Part shown: positions 1 to 12,099 of the stretch, one piece after another
Numbering within the stretch: position 1 is the first letter of the stretch
Layout of the letters: every line of letters begins with the position of its first letter
DNA from: Squalus acanthias
Lineage: Eukaryota
DNA length: 64,000 bases
Direction: 5' to 3'
Assembly (NCBI GenBank): GCA_030390025.1
Contig: CM059425.1
Coordinates: 178,748,001 to 178,812,000, forward strand
Made by a program: the position numbers and the translations under genes
The notes under the pieces: model-generated
What the model saw: only the letters and a program-made list of their open reading frames with translations
What the model was told of the DNA's origin: nothing
The model's database searches: none

Positions 1-1803
1 TTTTTGTGATAATATCGCTGTTATGTAGTCTATTTAGATTTTCAAAAATCATTCGCTAAAGTGCCACACAAAAGGTTATTATACAAAATTAGGGCTCATG
101 GGATTGGGGGTAATATATTAGCATGAATTGAGAATTGATTAACAGACAGAAAACAGAGAGTAAACGGATCATTTTTGGGTTGGCAGGCTGTAACTAGTGG
201 GGTACCGCAAGGATCAGTGCTTGGGCCTCAGCTATTTTCAATCTATATCAATGATTTAGATGAGGGGACTGAGTGTAATGTTCCAAAGTTTGCTGATGAT
301 ACAAAGATAGGTGGGAAAGTAAGTTGTGAGGAGGATGTAAAGAGGCTGTAAAGGGATATAGACAGGCTAAGTAACATGGCAAATGGAGTATAATGTGGAG
401 AAAGGTGAAGTTATCCACTTTGGTTAGAAAAGCAGAATATTTTTTAAATGGTGAGCTATTGGAAAATGTTGGTATTCAGAGAGACCTGGGTGTCTTTGTA
501 CACAAATCACTGAAAGTTAACATGCAGGTACAGCGAGCAATTAGGAAAGAAAATGGTATGTTAGCCTTTATTACAAAAGAATTGGAGTATAAGAGTAAAG
601 ACGTCTTACTGCAATTAATTGGGCCATGGTGAGACCACAACTGGAGTACTGTGTACAGTCTTGGGGGGAAAAATTGAGTCGCGCCCCCTTTGGGGTGCTA
701 ACTTTGCCGGGGCGCTACTTTTAGTGGCTCGAAAAAATTAGCACCCCCGCGGCCAAAATTCACCGTTAGTGCCCCAAGAGGGAAGCGGGGTGCTATTGGA
801 AGCGCCCCGCCATGCTCTGCGGCACGTCGCGCCGCGGTACTGCAGGTCTTCCTCCCCTTCTTAAAGGAGAGGGGCCTTGCGCAGCGTGACCCGGGGCCCA
901 GCTGGGCCACCAGGGATCGGAGTGCTGGCAAAAGAGCCCAGCACTCGAGAGAAGTGCCGGCTGCGGGGGGCTGCTCAGGAGGTCGGGGACGGCAACGGGG
1001 GCAGGTGCTGGCAGGGGGCCAGCAACAAAAATGGCCGCCTGGCACCTCTCCTTTAATTTACTCCGCCCTGGCCGCAGGTAGGCCCCCCTGACCCCGTTGG
1101 ACATAGCGTCCGGCAGTAAGTCAGGGGGGACTACGGAAGATCGCGGCCCGAGCGCTACGCACGGCGATGACGTCATCGCCGGCGGCGCAGCGCCATGGGT
1201 CACTAACAGTTACCGCTGCCGCTAACCTCCCGCTGACGGGAGGTGCAAACGACTGAATTTTTAGGCCTTGGTCTCCTTACCTAAGGAAGGATATACTTGC
1301 CTTAGAGGGAGTGCAACGAAGGTTCACCAGAATGATTCCTCGGATGGGGGGATTGTCCTTTGAGGAGAGATTGAGGAGACTAGGCCTATATTCCCTAGAA
1401 TTTAGAAGAATGAGAGGTGATCTCATTGAAACATACAACATTTTTACAAGATTTGGCAGGGTAGATGCTGGGAGGATGTTTCCCCTGGCTGGGGAGTCTA
1501 GAACCAGGGGTCAGAATTAGGGGTCAGTCATTTAGGACTGAGGTGAGGAGGAATTTCTTCACTTAGAGGGTTCTGAATCTTTGGAATTCTCTACCCCAGA
1601 GGGCTGTGGGTGCTCAGTTGTTGAGTATATTCAAGACAGAGGCTGATCAACTTTTGGATATTAAGGGAAGCAAGTGATATAGGGATAGTGCGGGAAGGTG
1701 GAGTTGAGGTAGAAGAGCAGCCATGTTCTTATTGAATGGCGGAGCAGGCTTGAAGGGCCGAATGGCCTACTCCTGCTCCTGTTCCTTATGTTCTTATGTT
1801 CTT
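1..1803 (+). mobile_element. CR1 LINE, 3' part (RT C-terminus and tail), decayed, split by MITE 664-1267
   Basis: RT-like peptides ([37 protein letters not shown]) with frameshifts; 3' tail (TTCTTATG)n near 1783-1803. Confidence 0.93.
664..1267 (+). mobile_element. Harbinger-type non-autonomous element, family A (internally deleted copy)
   Basis: Termini GGGGGAAAAATTGAGTC ... GACTGAATTTTTAGGCC; 3-bp TSD TTG (661-663, 1268-1270); interrupts a CR1 cleanly. Confidence 0.88.
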
Positions 1804-1809
1804 AAATAC

Positions 1810-2289
1810 CCCATTAAATGTTAAGCCTTGTTGGAATAGGTGTAACTTGGGTTTTAACAACATATTGACTGGTAAACAAACGTTCTGGCCCTGAAAAACT
1901 AATTTTTATATTTGTGGAGTGTCAAATTTCTCCATTATGATAAAATTTAAATGTTTTAAGTTTGTTCATGGTATTTCTACTTTATCCTCCTGTGAAAGTC
2001 CCAATCTTATTTCACTCTCTGTAACATTTTTAAAAAGTGCAGATAAAAGTAGCTTCTCATTTCCTGGTTTACTGTCTGTGAGAATTCTTCAATGTGGTTG
2101 GCTGCTTAGACAGTTTGCTGACATCACTGCAGCATCGCCATAGCAATCCCCTATTCACAGCGCTGCAATCAATTGAACGTCGGAAAATGCAAACTTCTCG
2201 CCACAGAGATCGGGAAATCTCTGTGGGCAGCTTTCTTCGGGGCCAGCGACGAGCGCCTTTGCTTCGCTACTGACCGGAAATTACGGGCC
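1810..2289. mobile_element. Old non-autonomous DNA-transposon remnant (probable Harbinger-type right arm)
   Basis: Ends in GGAAATTACGGGCC, resembling the Harbinger TIRs in this window; left end not seen. Confidence 0.35.
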
Positions 2290-2686
2290 AATAGATATGT
2301 TTGGTCCTATACTTATTTGTGGTCTTCTGGAGGCCCAGGATGGAATCCTCACCTGTTGAGCCTAACGGGAAAGATGGGTGGAATTCCCTGGGCACCTCCC
2401 CCGACAGACAGGCCCCCAAACTGTTGCATGAGGGTGACGGACAGAAGAAGCATTGTTTATTTGTTGTACATTACAACATTAATAGAATTCTGTTTTTTTA
2501 CATAGGTATTTAACATATACATCGTAAAAAAAAATCACCTAACACTCCAGCGTATTATTTCCCAGTAAAATCCACTTTTCCTGTTACATGATTGCAGAGG
2601 ATGCTGATCACAACACTTACAACACTGCTTCCTGCTTTGTTATTTATTTTATTGTTGTAGAGAATGTTAAAGACAATGGAATAAAC

Positions 2687-3147
2687 GCTCGATCAGCTCC
2701 GATGGACGGGTCACATCGTCTGCATGCCCGATACGAGACTCCCAAAACAAGCGCTCTACTCGGAGCTCCGACACGGCAAGAGAGCCCCAGGTGGGCAGAG
2801 GAAATGCTTCAAGGACACCCTCAAAGCCTCCTTGAAAAAGTGCAACATCTCCACCGACACCTGGGAATCCCTGGACCAAGACTGCACAAAGTGGAGGAGA
2901 AGCATCCGGGAAGGCGCCGAATACCTCGAGTCTCTTCGCCGGGAGCAAGTGGAAGCCAAGCGCAAACAGCGGAAGGAGCGCACGTCAGCCCAAGCATCCC
3001 ATCCACCCGCCCCTTCAACCACCATCTGCCCCACCTGTGACAGAGACTGTAGGTCCCGCATTGGACTCAGCAGTCACCTGAGAACTCATTTTTAATGTGG
3101 AAGCAAGTCATCTTCGGTCCCGAGGGACTGCCTAAGAAGAGAAGAAA
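2687..3147 (+). mobile_element. RTE-clade (BovB-like) LINE, 3' fragment
   Basis: ORF 2724-3095 RLPKQALYSEL...GGQRKCFKDTLK...CPTCDRDCRSRIGLSSHLRTH; (AAG)n tail; near-identical to the 3' end of 29772-31150. Confidence 0.88.
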
Positions 3148-3221
3148 TGTGATGGTGGTATCAACTGGCAACCTTTTAATTCCTAAGCCTAATGCTACAA
3201 GCACAAGCAATGGCAAAAGGC

Positions 3222-3259
3222 ATATATATGTATATATATATATATATATGTATATATAT
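3222..3259. repeat. (TA)n microsatellite with TG interruptions
   Basis: Direct reading. Confidence 0.95.
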
Positions 3260-3490
3260 TACATAAAATAATACATTGTTGGCTATAACACACTGTCAAG
3301 AGACTCCCCCATTTACTCAGTAAGTGCACTGCCCAATATAGAACTGAGCAAAAGAGCAGACTTAATTCCCATTTTGTACTGAGTTAATGAAGTTCTACTG
3401 TGCTGGCACGTGGGGTAATAGAATTGGCCACAGTTTGGGTTCCGCCAAGACCACTCAGCTCCTGACCTCATTACAGCCTTGGTCCAAACA

Positions 3491-4496
3491 TCTAATTGAA
3501 TTTTTTGATGAAGTAACAGAGAGGATTGATGAAGGGAATGCAATGGATGTTGTCTACATGGATTTTCGGAAGGCGTTTGACAAAGTACCACATAGAAGGC
3601 TGGTTAACAAAATTGAGGCTCATTGGGTCAGTGGCAGCTTGGATAAGGAATTGGCTTAAGGACAGAAAACAGCGAATTGTGGTAAATGGCTGTTTTTCAC
3701 ACTGGAGGATGGTAGACAGTGGTGTTCCCCAAGGGTCAGTGCTGGGGCCACTGCATTTTTTGATTTATATAAATGACCTGGATATTGGAATATAGAGTAG
3801 AATTTCTAAATTTGCCGATGACACCAAACTTCAGGGAGTGGCAAACAGTGAGGATGATACCAATCGACTGCAACAGGACATAGAAAGGCTAGCAGAATGG
3901 ACAGACAAGTGGCAGCTGAAATTTAATACAAAGAAGTGTGAGGTGATGCATTTAGGCAGAAGGAACAGGGAGAGGCAATATGCGCTTAATGGCACAGTTT
4001 TAAAGAGTGTGCAGTGACAGAGGGACCTGGGAGTTAATGTGTATAGGTCCCTGAAGGTGGCAGGGACATATTGAAAGAGTGGTTAATGAAGCATATGAGA
4101 TCCTGGGCTTCATAAATAGAGGTTTGATAGAGGTGTACAAGATTATGATGGGTTTGGATAGGGTAGACAGGAAAAGGCTGTTCCCATTAGTTGATGGTGC
4201 AAGGACTAGGGGACACAGATTTAAGGTTTTGGGCAAGAGATACAGGGGGGATGTGAGGAAAAACTTTTTAACGCAGCAAGTGGTGATGACCTGGAATTCG
4301 CTGCCAATGGAAGTGGTGGAAGTGGGGACACTCAATGTTTTCAAGGGGAGACTGGATAGGCACTTGAGGGAAATAAACTTGCAGGGCTACGGGGTTAGAG
4401 CGGGGGAATGAGACTGACTGGATTGCTCTACAGAGAGCTGGCGCGACTCGATGGGCTGAATGGCCTCCTTCTGTGCTGTTATGACTCTGTGACTCA
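3491..4496 (+). mobile_element. CR1 LINE, 3' fragment with internal deletion near 4121
   Basis: [36 protein letters not shown]; tail ATGACTCT. Confidence 0.92.
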
Positions 4497-4515
4497 ATGG
4501 GAATCGGGGGGGGGA

Positions 4516-5622
4516 AACTCTCCACTGGCTGGACTCATACCTAGCACAAAGGAAGATGGTTGTGGTGGCTGGAGCTCAATCATCACAGCCCCAGGACATC
4601 GCTGCAGGAGTTGCTCAGGACAGTGTCCTGCATCTAACCCTAACCCTAACCCTAAATGCAGGCCCAAACATCTTCAGCTGCTTCATCAATGACCTTCCCT
4701 CCAACATAAGGTCAAAAATGGAGATGTTCGCTGATAACTGCACAGTGTTCAGTGCCATTCACAACTCCTCAGATAATGAAACAGTCCATGCCCGCATGCA
4801 ACAAGACCTGGACGATGTTCAGGCTTCGGCTAATAAGTGGCAGGTAACATTCGTGACACACAAGTGCCAGGCAATGACTATCTCCAACAAGCGAGAGTCT
4901 AACTATTGCCCCTTGACATTCAACGGCATTACCATCGCTGAATCCCCCACCATCAACATCCTGGGGGGTCACCATTGACCAGAAACTTAACTGGACCAGC
5001 CACATAAATACTGTGGCAACAAGAGCAGGTCAGAGGCTGGGTATTCTGCGGTGAGTGTCTGACCTCCTGACTCCCCAAAGCCTTTTCACCATCTACAAGG
5101 CACAAGTAAGGAATGTGATGGAATACTCTCCACTTGCCTGAATGAGTGCAGCTCCAACAACACTCAAGAAGCTCGACACCATCCAAGACAAAGCAGCCCG
5201 CTTGATTGGCACCCCATCCACCACCTTAAACATTCATTCTCTCCACCACTGGCGTACCATGGCTGCAGTGTGTACCATCTACAAGATGCACTGCAGCAAC
5301 TCACCAAGGCTTCTTCGGCAGCACCTCCCAAACCCGCGACCTCTACCACCTAGAAGGACAAGAGCAGCAGGCGCATGGGAACACCACCACCTGAAGTTCC
5401 CCTCCAAGTCACACACCATCCTGACTTGGAAGTATATCGCCGATCCTTCAACATCACTGGGTCAAAATCCTGGAACTCCCTCCCTAACAGCACTGTGGGA
5501 GTACCTTCACCACACGGACTGCAGCGGTTCAGGAAGGCGGCTCACCACCACCAATTAGGGATGGGCAATAAATGCTGGCGTTGCCAGCGACGCCCACATC
5601 TAATGAACAAATAATTGAAAAA
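4516..5622 (+). mobile_element. CR1/L2-group LINE of a distinct family, 3' RT fragment (likely also 3428-3490)
   Basis: AGVAQDSVL, FSCFINDLP, MFADNC, IYKAQVRNVMEY; 3' end with AATAAA and an A-rich tail. Confidence 0.75.
4634..4655 (-). repeat. Interstitial telomeric repeat (TTAGGG)3+
   Basis: CTAACCCTAACCCTAACCCTAA inside an RT motif, flanked by TGCA on both sides. Confidence 0.85.
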
Positions 5623-5632
5623 AGGGGCATAT

Positions 5633-8240
5633 AACAACAACAACAACTTGTATTTATATAGCGCCTTTAGCGTAGCAAAATGTCCCACTGCGCTGTACAG
5701 GTGTATTTTAAGACAAAAAATTTGACACCGATCCACATAAGGATAAATTAGGACAGGTGACCAAAAGCTTGGTCAAAGAGGTAGGTTTTGAGGAGCGTCT
5801 TAAAGGAAGAAAGAGAGGTAGTGAGGCGAACAGGTTTAGGCAGGGAATTCCAGAGCTTAGGGCCTAGGCAACAGAAGGCACGGCCACCAAAGGTTGAGTG
5901 ATTAAAATCAGGGATGCTCAAGAGGGCAGAATTAGAGGAGTGCAGATATCTTGGGGGGTTGTGGGGCTGAAAGAGATTACAGATGGAGTCAGTGGCTAGG
6001 GAACGGAGTTTGTGGCGGGGACCGAAAACAATGTCTTCGGTCTTCCCAATATTTAATTGGAGAAAGTTTTTGCTCAACCAGAACTGTATGTTAGACAAGC
6101 AGTCTGACAATTTAGACCCCATGGAGGGGTCAAGAGAAGAGGTAGTGAGGTAAAGCTGGGTGTTGTCAGCGTACATGTGGAAACTGACGCTGTGTTTTCG
6201 GATGATGTCGCCAGGGGGCAACATGTAGATGAGAAATAGGAGGGGCCGAGGATAAATCCTTGGGGGACACCAGAGGTAACGATGCGGGAGTGGGAAGAGA
6301 AGCTCTTGCAGGTGATTCTCTGGTTACGATTAGATAGATAAGAATGGACAATGGTGGAGAGGCGTTGGAGAAGGATGGAGTGGTCAACCATGTCAAAGGC
6401 TGCAGATAAGTCAAGAAGGACGAGGAGGGATAGTTTACCTTTGTCACAGTCACAAAGGATGTCATTTGTGACTTTGATGAGAGCAGTTTCGGTACTGTGG
6501 CAAGGACGGAAACCTGATTGGAGGGATTCAAACATGGAATTGCGGGAAAGATGGGCACAGATTTGGGAGGCGATAACACGTTCAAGGACTTTGGAGAGGA
6601 AAGGGAGGTTGGAGATGGGGCGGTAGTTTGCAAGGACGGAGGGATCAAGGGTTTGTTTTTTGAGGAGAAGGGTGATGATGGCAGATTTGAGGGAGAGGGG
6701 GACAGTAGCTGAGGAGAGAGAACTGTTAACAATATCAGCTAACATGGGAGCCAGAAAAGGAAGTTGGGTGGTCAGCAGTTTGGTGGGAATAGGAGGTGGG
6801 TCTCATAGACAAGATGAATGCAGAGAGCTCATGAGGGGAGATCGGAGAGAAACTGGAGAAAGATGTGAGTTCAGGGCTAGGGCAGGGGGGAACCTTAGAG
6901 GAAGTTTGGCCCAGTGGGCTAGGGGAAGGAAGGGAAGTGGCAGAGGCAGCTGAATGGATGGTCTCAATCTTAGAGACAAAGAAGTCCATGAGCTCCTCAC
7001 ACTTGTTATCGGAGATGAGATTGGAGGAGACAGGGGAGAGGGGTTTAAGGGTGAGGGGTTTAAGAAGACGGTTAGCAGTAGAGAATAGGAGCCGGGGTTT
7101 ATCTTTACATTCCAGAATGATTCTGGAATAGTGAGTAATTTTGGCAAACGAGAGCAGGACCCGATAGTGCTTTATGTGGTCCAGCCAGATCGGGCGGTGA
7201 ATGGCTAAACCAGTTGTCCGCCATATCCGTTCGAGTCTGCGTCCCTTGGACTTAAGGGAGCGAAGATGAGGGCCGTACCAGGGGGAACGGCCAGGGTGAG
7301 AGAGAGTAATTGTTTTAATAAGGACTAGGGCATCAAAGATAGTGGTGAGGGTGTGGTTGAGCAGATTGGTAGCTGCAGAAATGTCATGGTGAATGGAGGG
7401 CCAGAGGCTGGACAGTTGAGATTTCATAAGTGCAGGTGTAAGAGAGTTGGGAGAGACTTTTTTCCAGGGGCGGACACAGAAGGAAGTAGGGTTAGGGAGG
7501 ATGGGTGGAAGGGGGATGTGGGTGGAGAGCGATACGAGGAATTGGTCAGAGATGGCCTTATCTGCAATTGACACGATGGGAGTAGCGAGGCCACGAGAGA
7601 TGGCAAGGTCGAGGGGGTGGCCGTGAATATGGGTTGGGGAGTTTACATGGAGGGAGAGATTAAGGGAGGATAGGAGGCTAGTGAACTCAGAGGAGAGAGA
7701 GCATGATGAATTGAGATGGAGGTTGAAATCACTGAGGTTGAGAAGTCGTTCGGTGCAGAGGCTGAGGGAGGAGAGCAGTGAAGATATTTCAGTAATAAAG
7801 TTTTTATGGTACTTGGGTGGGCGGTAGAGAACAAGAATTTTAAATGAGAGGTGAGAGGGGTGGAATAAGGTGGGATGCTCAAAGGAGGAGAAACTGCTGG
7901 AGGAATAAATGGACAGACCAAGGTGTGATTTGGTGATGAGAGCCACACCGCCACCACGGTGGGGCAAGTGGTGGAAGGTATAGCCAGGTGGGGAGGCTTC
8001 ATTTAAGGGTAACCACGTTTCTGTCAGGGCCATGATATCGATGCAGTCATCCATGATAAGCTCATGGATGGCAAGGGCCTTGTTCGCAAGTGAACGGACA
8101 TTCTGGAGGGAGATATGGAGAGGGATGGCTGCCCCACTGCCAGCGTCCACAGGGTCAGCGCTGGGGGGGATGAGTTGGATGGGGAGGAGATTGGCAAGAT
8201 TTACCCCCAGTGGGCGCGTTGGGTGGGAACGTCTTCAGTG
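5633..8240 (-). mobile_element. L2 LINE, ORF2 (APE endonuclease and RT), frameshifted, with internal deletion
   Basis: ORF 6735-8150 (LQNVRSL, ALTETW, SDFNLH, GHPLDL); 6074-6745 (NYRPISNLPFLSK, LDLSAAFD, GVPQG); 5748-6224 (YADNTQLY); tail GGCGCTATATAAATACAAG(TTG)n. Confidence 0.92.
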
Positions 8241-8419
8241 AAGACCTTCAATGACTGAGGATAAGATTCACCATTAGTTACCGTGTAAGAAATATAATTA
8301 CAACAGGATACTAATTTGCAATATTTGATTATATCGCAAATGTGTGGATTTGAATATAAATGTATGCAAATGTATTAATAAGGAAGCCACTGACATTGTT
8401 TCTGAGGGCTGATATACTT

Positions 8420-8586
8420 ACATAGGATTACATAGAACATACAGCACAGAAACAGGCCATTCAGCCCAACCAATCCATGCCGGTGTTTATGCTCCACTCG
8501 AGCCTCCTCCCGTCTTTCCTCATCTAACTCTATCAGCATAACCCTCTATTCCCTTCTCCCTCATATGCTTATCTAGCCTCCCCTTA
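8420..8586 (-). mobile_element. Short CR1 3' end
   Basis: CATAGAACATACAGCACAGAAACAGGCCATTCAGCCC, the reverse complement of a CR1 tail. Confidence 0.7.
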
Positions 8587-9358
8587 CTTGACTTTCATTG
8601 TAAGTTTGCTAGCCACTCAAATCCCCAGTAATCCATTGCAAAATACAATGATTAAATCTTCCATAAATTACATGGTTTTGCTATTTCACAGTTAGAATGC
8701 CACAGAAAGTGATTTTACTCATCTGATGACGTCAATCAGTGTTACTTTTAGCTGCTGCTTTCAAATGAAGTAATGAAGTAAACAGAAACTCAAATTGCTG
8801 TAAATCAGCAGTAAATGAATCTTTAACAGTTTCAAAAATCAATCATAGATAACAAATAGAAACAATGGGGTTGATTTTCAAGTGACCGCTTCCATCAGGC
8901 AAGAGGTGGACAGAGCAAGCAGCTGCCACACAATGGAAGTGGTTGGTGGCCTGAATCATTTTCATGGTCAGGCCTTATTTGCATTCTGTTGGTGAGCTGT
9001 TCATGCTTTTGGAATAGCTCGGCGATCTGAAAGGGCGAGAAGCAGGTGGCTCCACCACAGAGATCAGCCAGTGCAGGTAAATTAAGCGGGAGGGAGGCGA
9101 TCCCATGTGAGGGACTTGGTAGGTTTTTGTGGAGTCACTTTTTTTGAATGGCCTGCAGCAGTCCCTTTAATGACCACTGGTTTGGCTGTTCAACACCATG
9201 TACCAATGGGCGGAGTGTGTATGGTTCACATTTCACCGATTGGTACTTCAAACTTGAGCTGGAGTTCTATTAATGGCACAGGACCCTGATTTGCATTGGC
9301 TAATGAGGCTCCTGCCTGTTTCCAGCAGCCACTTGGCCCATTCATTTCAAGGCCCCAC

Positions 9359-9478
9359 TGTAATAGAGCCGCCTGGTAGACTACTGATGTTTATTAAAAA
9401 AAAGCCATGTACAGTACAGTTCTTACCGGAAGCCATTTTGTGTTGTTGTATAGATATGCTGTGTCTCAAGATATCACA
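9359..9478 (+). repeat. Gypsy 5' LTR (120 bp)
   Basis: TGTAATAGAGCC...CTCAAGATATCACA, matches 16504-16607. Confidence 0.93.
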
Positions 9479-9482
9479 GAAT

Positions 9483-9501
9483 TGGCGATGAGGATGCGAT
9501 T
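9483..9501 (+). promoter_or_regulatory. Primer-binding site, probably tRNA-Ser(GCT)
   Basis: TGGCGATGAGGATGCGATT versus TGGCGACGAGGATGGGATT, the complement of the vertebrate tRNA-Ser(GCT) 3' end as recalled (17/19). Confidence 0.75.
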
Positions 9502-9667
9502 GCGGATTCCCTAGCTGAAATTTTTGTTGTAGGATAATTCTGCCAACCGACAGAGGGGCTGTAAGAGGTTCCTCATTTTGCAGAAAAACTTAAAAATCTG
9601 AGGTAAATTTCGAGCACACTCGGGCTGAACTGTCGACGTTGCCAGAGTCCAGTTGGCCGTACCTATG

Positions 9668-10451
9668 GGAATTTAATATAGAGAAGCATTTTGGTGGAGG
9701 GAACCGGGAGAGGCAATATACACTTAATGGCACAGTTTTAAAGAGTGTGCAGGGAGTTAATGTGCATAGGTCCCTGAAGGTGGCAGGACATATTGAGAGA
9801 GTGGTTAGCAAAGCATATGGGATCTTGGGCTTCATAAATAGAGGTATTGAGTACAAAAGTAGAGAAGTTATGCTGATCCTTTATAAAGCGCTGGTTAGGC
9901 CACAACTGGAGCATTGCATCCAGTTCTGGTCACCACACTTTAGGAAAGATGTGAAGGCCCTTGAGAGGGTGCAGAGGAGATTTACCAGAATGGTTCCGGG
10001 GATGGGGGATCATAGATACAAGGATAGGTTGGAGAAGCTGGATTTGTTTTCATTCGAGCAAAGGAGGTTGCGGGGTGATTTGATAGAGGTGTACAAGATT
10101 ATGACAGGTTTGGATAGGCTAGACGGGAAAGGCTGTTCCCACTAGTTGATGGTACAAGGTCTAGGGGACACAGATTTAAGGTTTTGGGCAAGAGATACAG
10201 GGGGGATGTGAGGAAAAACTTTTTTACGCAGCGAGTGGTGAGGACATGGAACTCGCTGCCGACGGAAGTGGTGGAAGCGGACACACTCAATGTTTTCAAG
10301 GGAAGACTTGATGGGCACTTGAGGGAAATAAACTTGCAGGGCTACGGGGATAGAGCGGGGGAATGGGACTGACTGGATTGCTCTACAGAGAGCTGGCACG
10401 GACTCGATGGGCCAAATGGCCTCCTACTGTGCCGTTATGACTCTATGACTC
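9668..10451 (+). mobile_element. CR1 LINE 3' fragment inserted in the Gypsy 5' region
   Basis: LYKALVRPQLEHCIQFWSP, RRLRGDLIE; tail (ATGACTCT)n. Confidence 0.92.
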
Positions 10452-10454
10452 TTT

Positions 10455-11319
10455 GGGCTGGATTTTACCAGCCCTGAGGAGGCGTGTCTGGAGGCGGGAC
10501 TGCTGGGAAAATCCCCAAAAATGGGAGCGGTTCCCAAACCTGCTCCCAACCTGCCTCCAACCAGTCTCCTGAGAGTTGGGTCCCCGATTTGCGCAGGGTC
10601 CCGACTCCTAGCGGCGGGAAGAGGATTACAGCCACTTAACTGCCTGTTAACAGGTAGTTAACAGGTAGTTAAGAGACTTTTTCCCATTTTTCCACTGCTG
10701 CTGCGGGCTTCCCGATGTCGGGGAACCCCGCCAGGGTAAGTGAGGCGTGATGTGGGTCTACTGTAATTTTTGTGTATACGTGACTGCTGCAGAAGTGGTT
10801 TAAAGGATTCAATGGGACACTGGTGAGTATCAGAGGTAAGGAAAAGTTCTGAAAGTAATGTTTAATGTGTTTAGATGTTTCTGCAGATGACAAGCTGTGA
10901 AGTGTTTGTGTAGGCTCATCTCATCGGGAGAAGTGACAGATGGCTTCTGCAATCTCAGCTGCAGCTGCCATCTGTTTTATCCTAAGGAGAGAGTAATTGG
11001 AGGGCCTGGGTGCAAGGGCTCACCTTTGGACTGTGATTGTCAGTGTTTGACAGCACCTCAATGCTGTCAAACACGGTCAAATCCCTGTCAAACAAGTGTG
11101 GTGCATATGCCTTTAATAAAACTGGCAGATGAAGCATCATCAACTGACGTCATCTGACACCGGCTTTCCCTTAATTGGCCGACAAGCCCGCAGAGCGGGC
11201 TTAACAAGGCCAATCAGAGGAAAATAGCGTCAGCTCATCAGACGTCGCTGGGGGCGGGACTGGAACCTGAAAACCAGCAGTCCTGCCTCGAACTCGGCCT
11301 TCCAGGTAAGATTCCGCCC
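10455..11319. mobile_element. Harbinger-type non-autonomous element
   Basis: TIR GGGCTGGATTTTACC ... GGTAAGATTCCGCCC; TSD TTT/TAT within the CR1 tail microsatellite. Confidence 0.82.
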
Positions 11320-11330
11320 TATGACTCTAT

Positions 11331-12088
11331 GGGCTAAAAATTGAGTCGCGCCCCATTTGGGGCGCTAACCTCGCCAGCACCCCGAAAAAATTAGCGCCCC
11401 CGCGCCGGAACTTGAGTGGTTGCGCCCCAAGAGGGAAGCGGGGCACTACTGGAAGCACCCCGCATCCCTCTTGGGGCGCTACGAGGGAATATCCTGGCGC
11501 TACGTGCTGCAGCACCAGGCGCTGTGGCACGTCGCACCGCGGTACTGCAGGCCTTCCTCCCCTTCTTAAAGGGGGGGGGCCCTGCGCAGCGCGAACCGGG
11601 GCCCAGCTGGGCCCCCAGGGATCGGGAGTGCCGGCAAAAGAGCCCGGCACTCAAGAGAAGTGCCGGGCTCTTGGAGCGCAGCCGGCACTTCACAGTGGGG
11701 GAGCTTCACGGGGGCCGGGGACAGCAATGGGGGCAGGTGCTGGCAGGCGGCCAGCAATAAAAATGGCCGCCTGCCACCTCCCCTTTAAATATCGCCGCCC
11801 CGGCCGCACGTACGCCCCCTGAACCCGTCGGACATAGCGTCTGCCGGTAAGTCAGGGGGCGCTACCGAAGATCGCGGCTGGAGCGCGAGCGGGGCGCTGC
11901 GCACGGCAATGATGTCATCGCCGGCGGCGCAGCACCACAGGGCGCTACCGGCTGGCGCCGCCGCTAACCTCCCGCTGAATTTTGCGGGAGGCGTGGGCGG
12001 CGCTGCGCCCGGGCGTTAGCTGCTTTGCGCCCCATTAGCGCCCTCTTAAGGCGCTAACGGGAGGCGCAAGCAGCTGATTTTTTCCCCC
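11331..12088 (+). mobile_element. Harbinger-type non-autonomous element, family A (complete)
   Basis: GGGCTAAAAATTGAGTC ... GCTGATTTTTTCCCCC; TSD TAT (11328-11330, 12089-12091). Confidence 0.9.
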
Positions 12089-12099
12089 TATGACTAATA

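Noticed and set aside
698..1203. Ala/Pro/Arg-rich ORFs in family A MITEs (also at 11327-11822, 51318-51987, 59013-59566)
   Set aside because: Open in several frames on both strands because of high GC; frames differ between copies; no recognisable domain
6735..8150. 471-aa ORF as a functional endonuclease
   Set aside because: Catalytic motifs are decayed (GDFN to SDFN, SDH to SDQ) and the downstream RT is frameshifted
8660..8820. Possible degenerate palindrome centred on TGACGTCA
   Set aside because: Pairing is too weak to support by eye
11651..11658. Loop TCAAGAGA resembling the synthetic shRNA loop TTCAAGAGA
   Set aside because: Present in diverged genomic copies with TSDs, so coincidence rather than vector contamination
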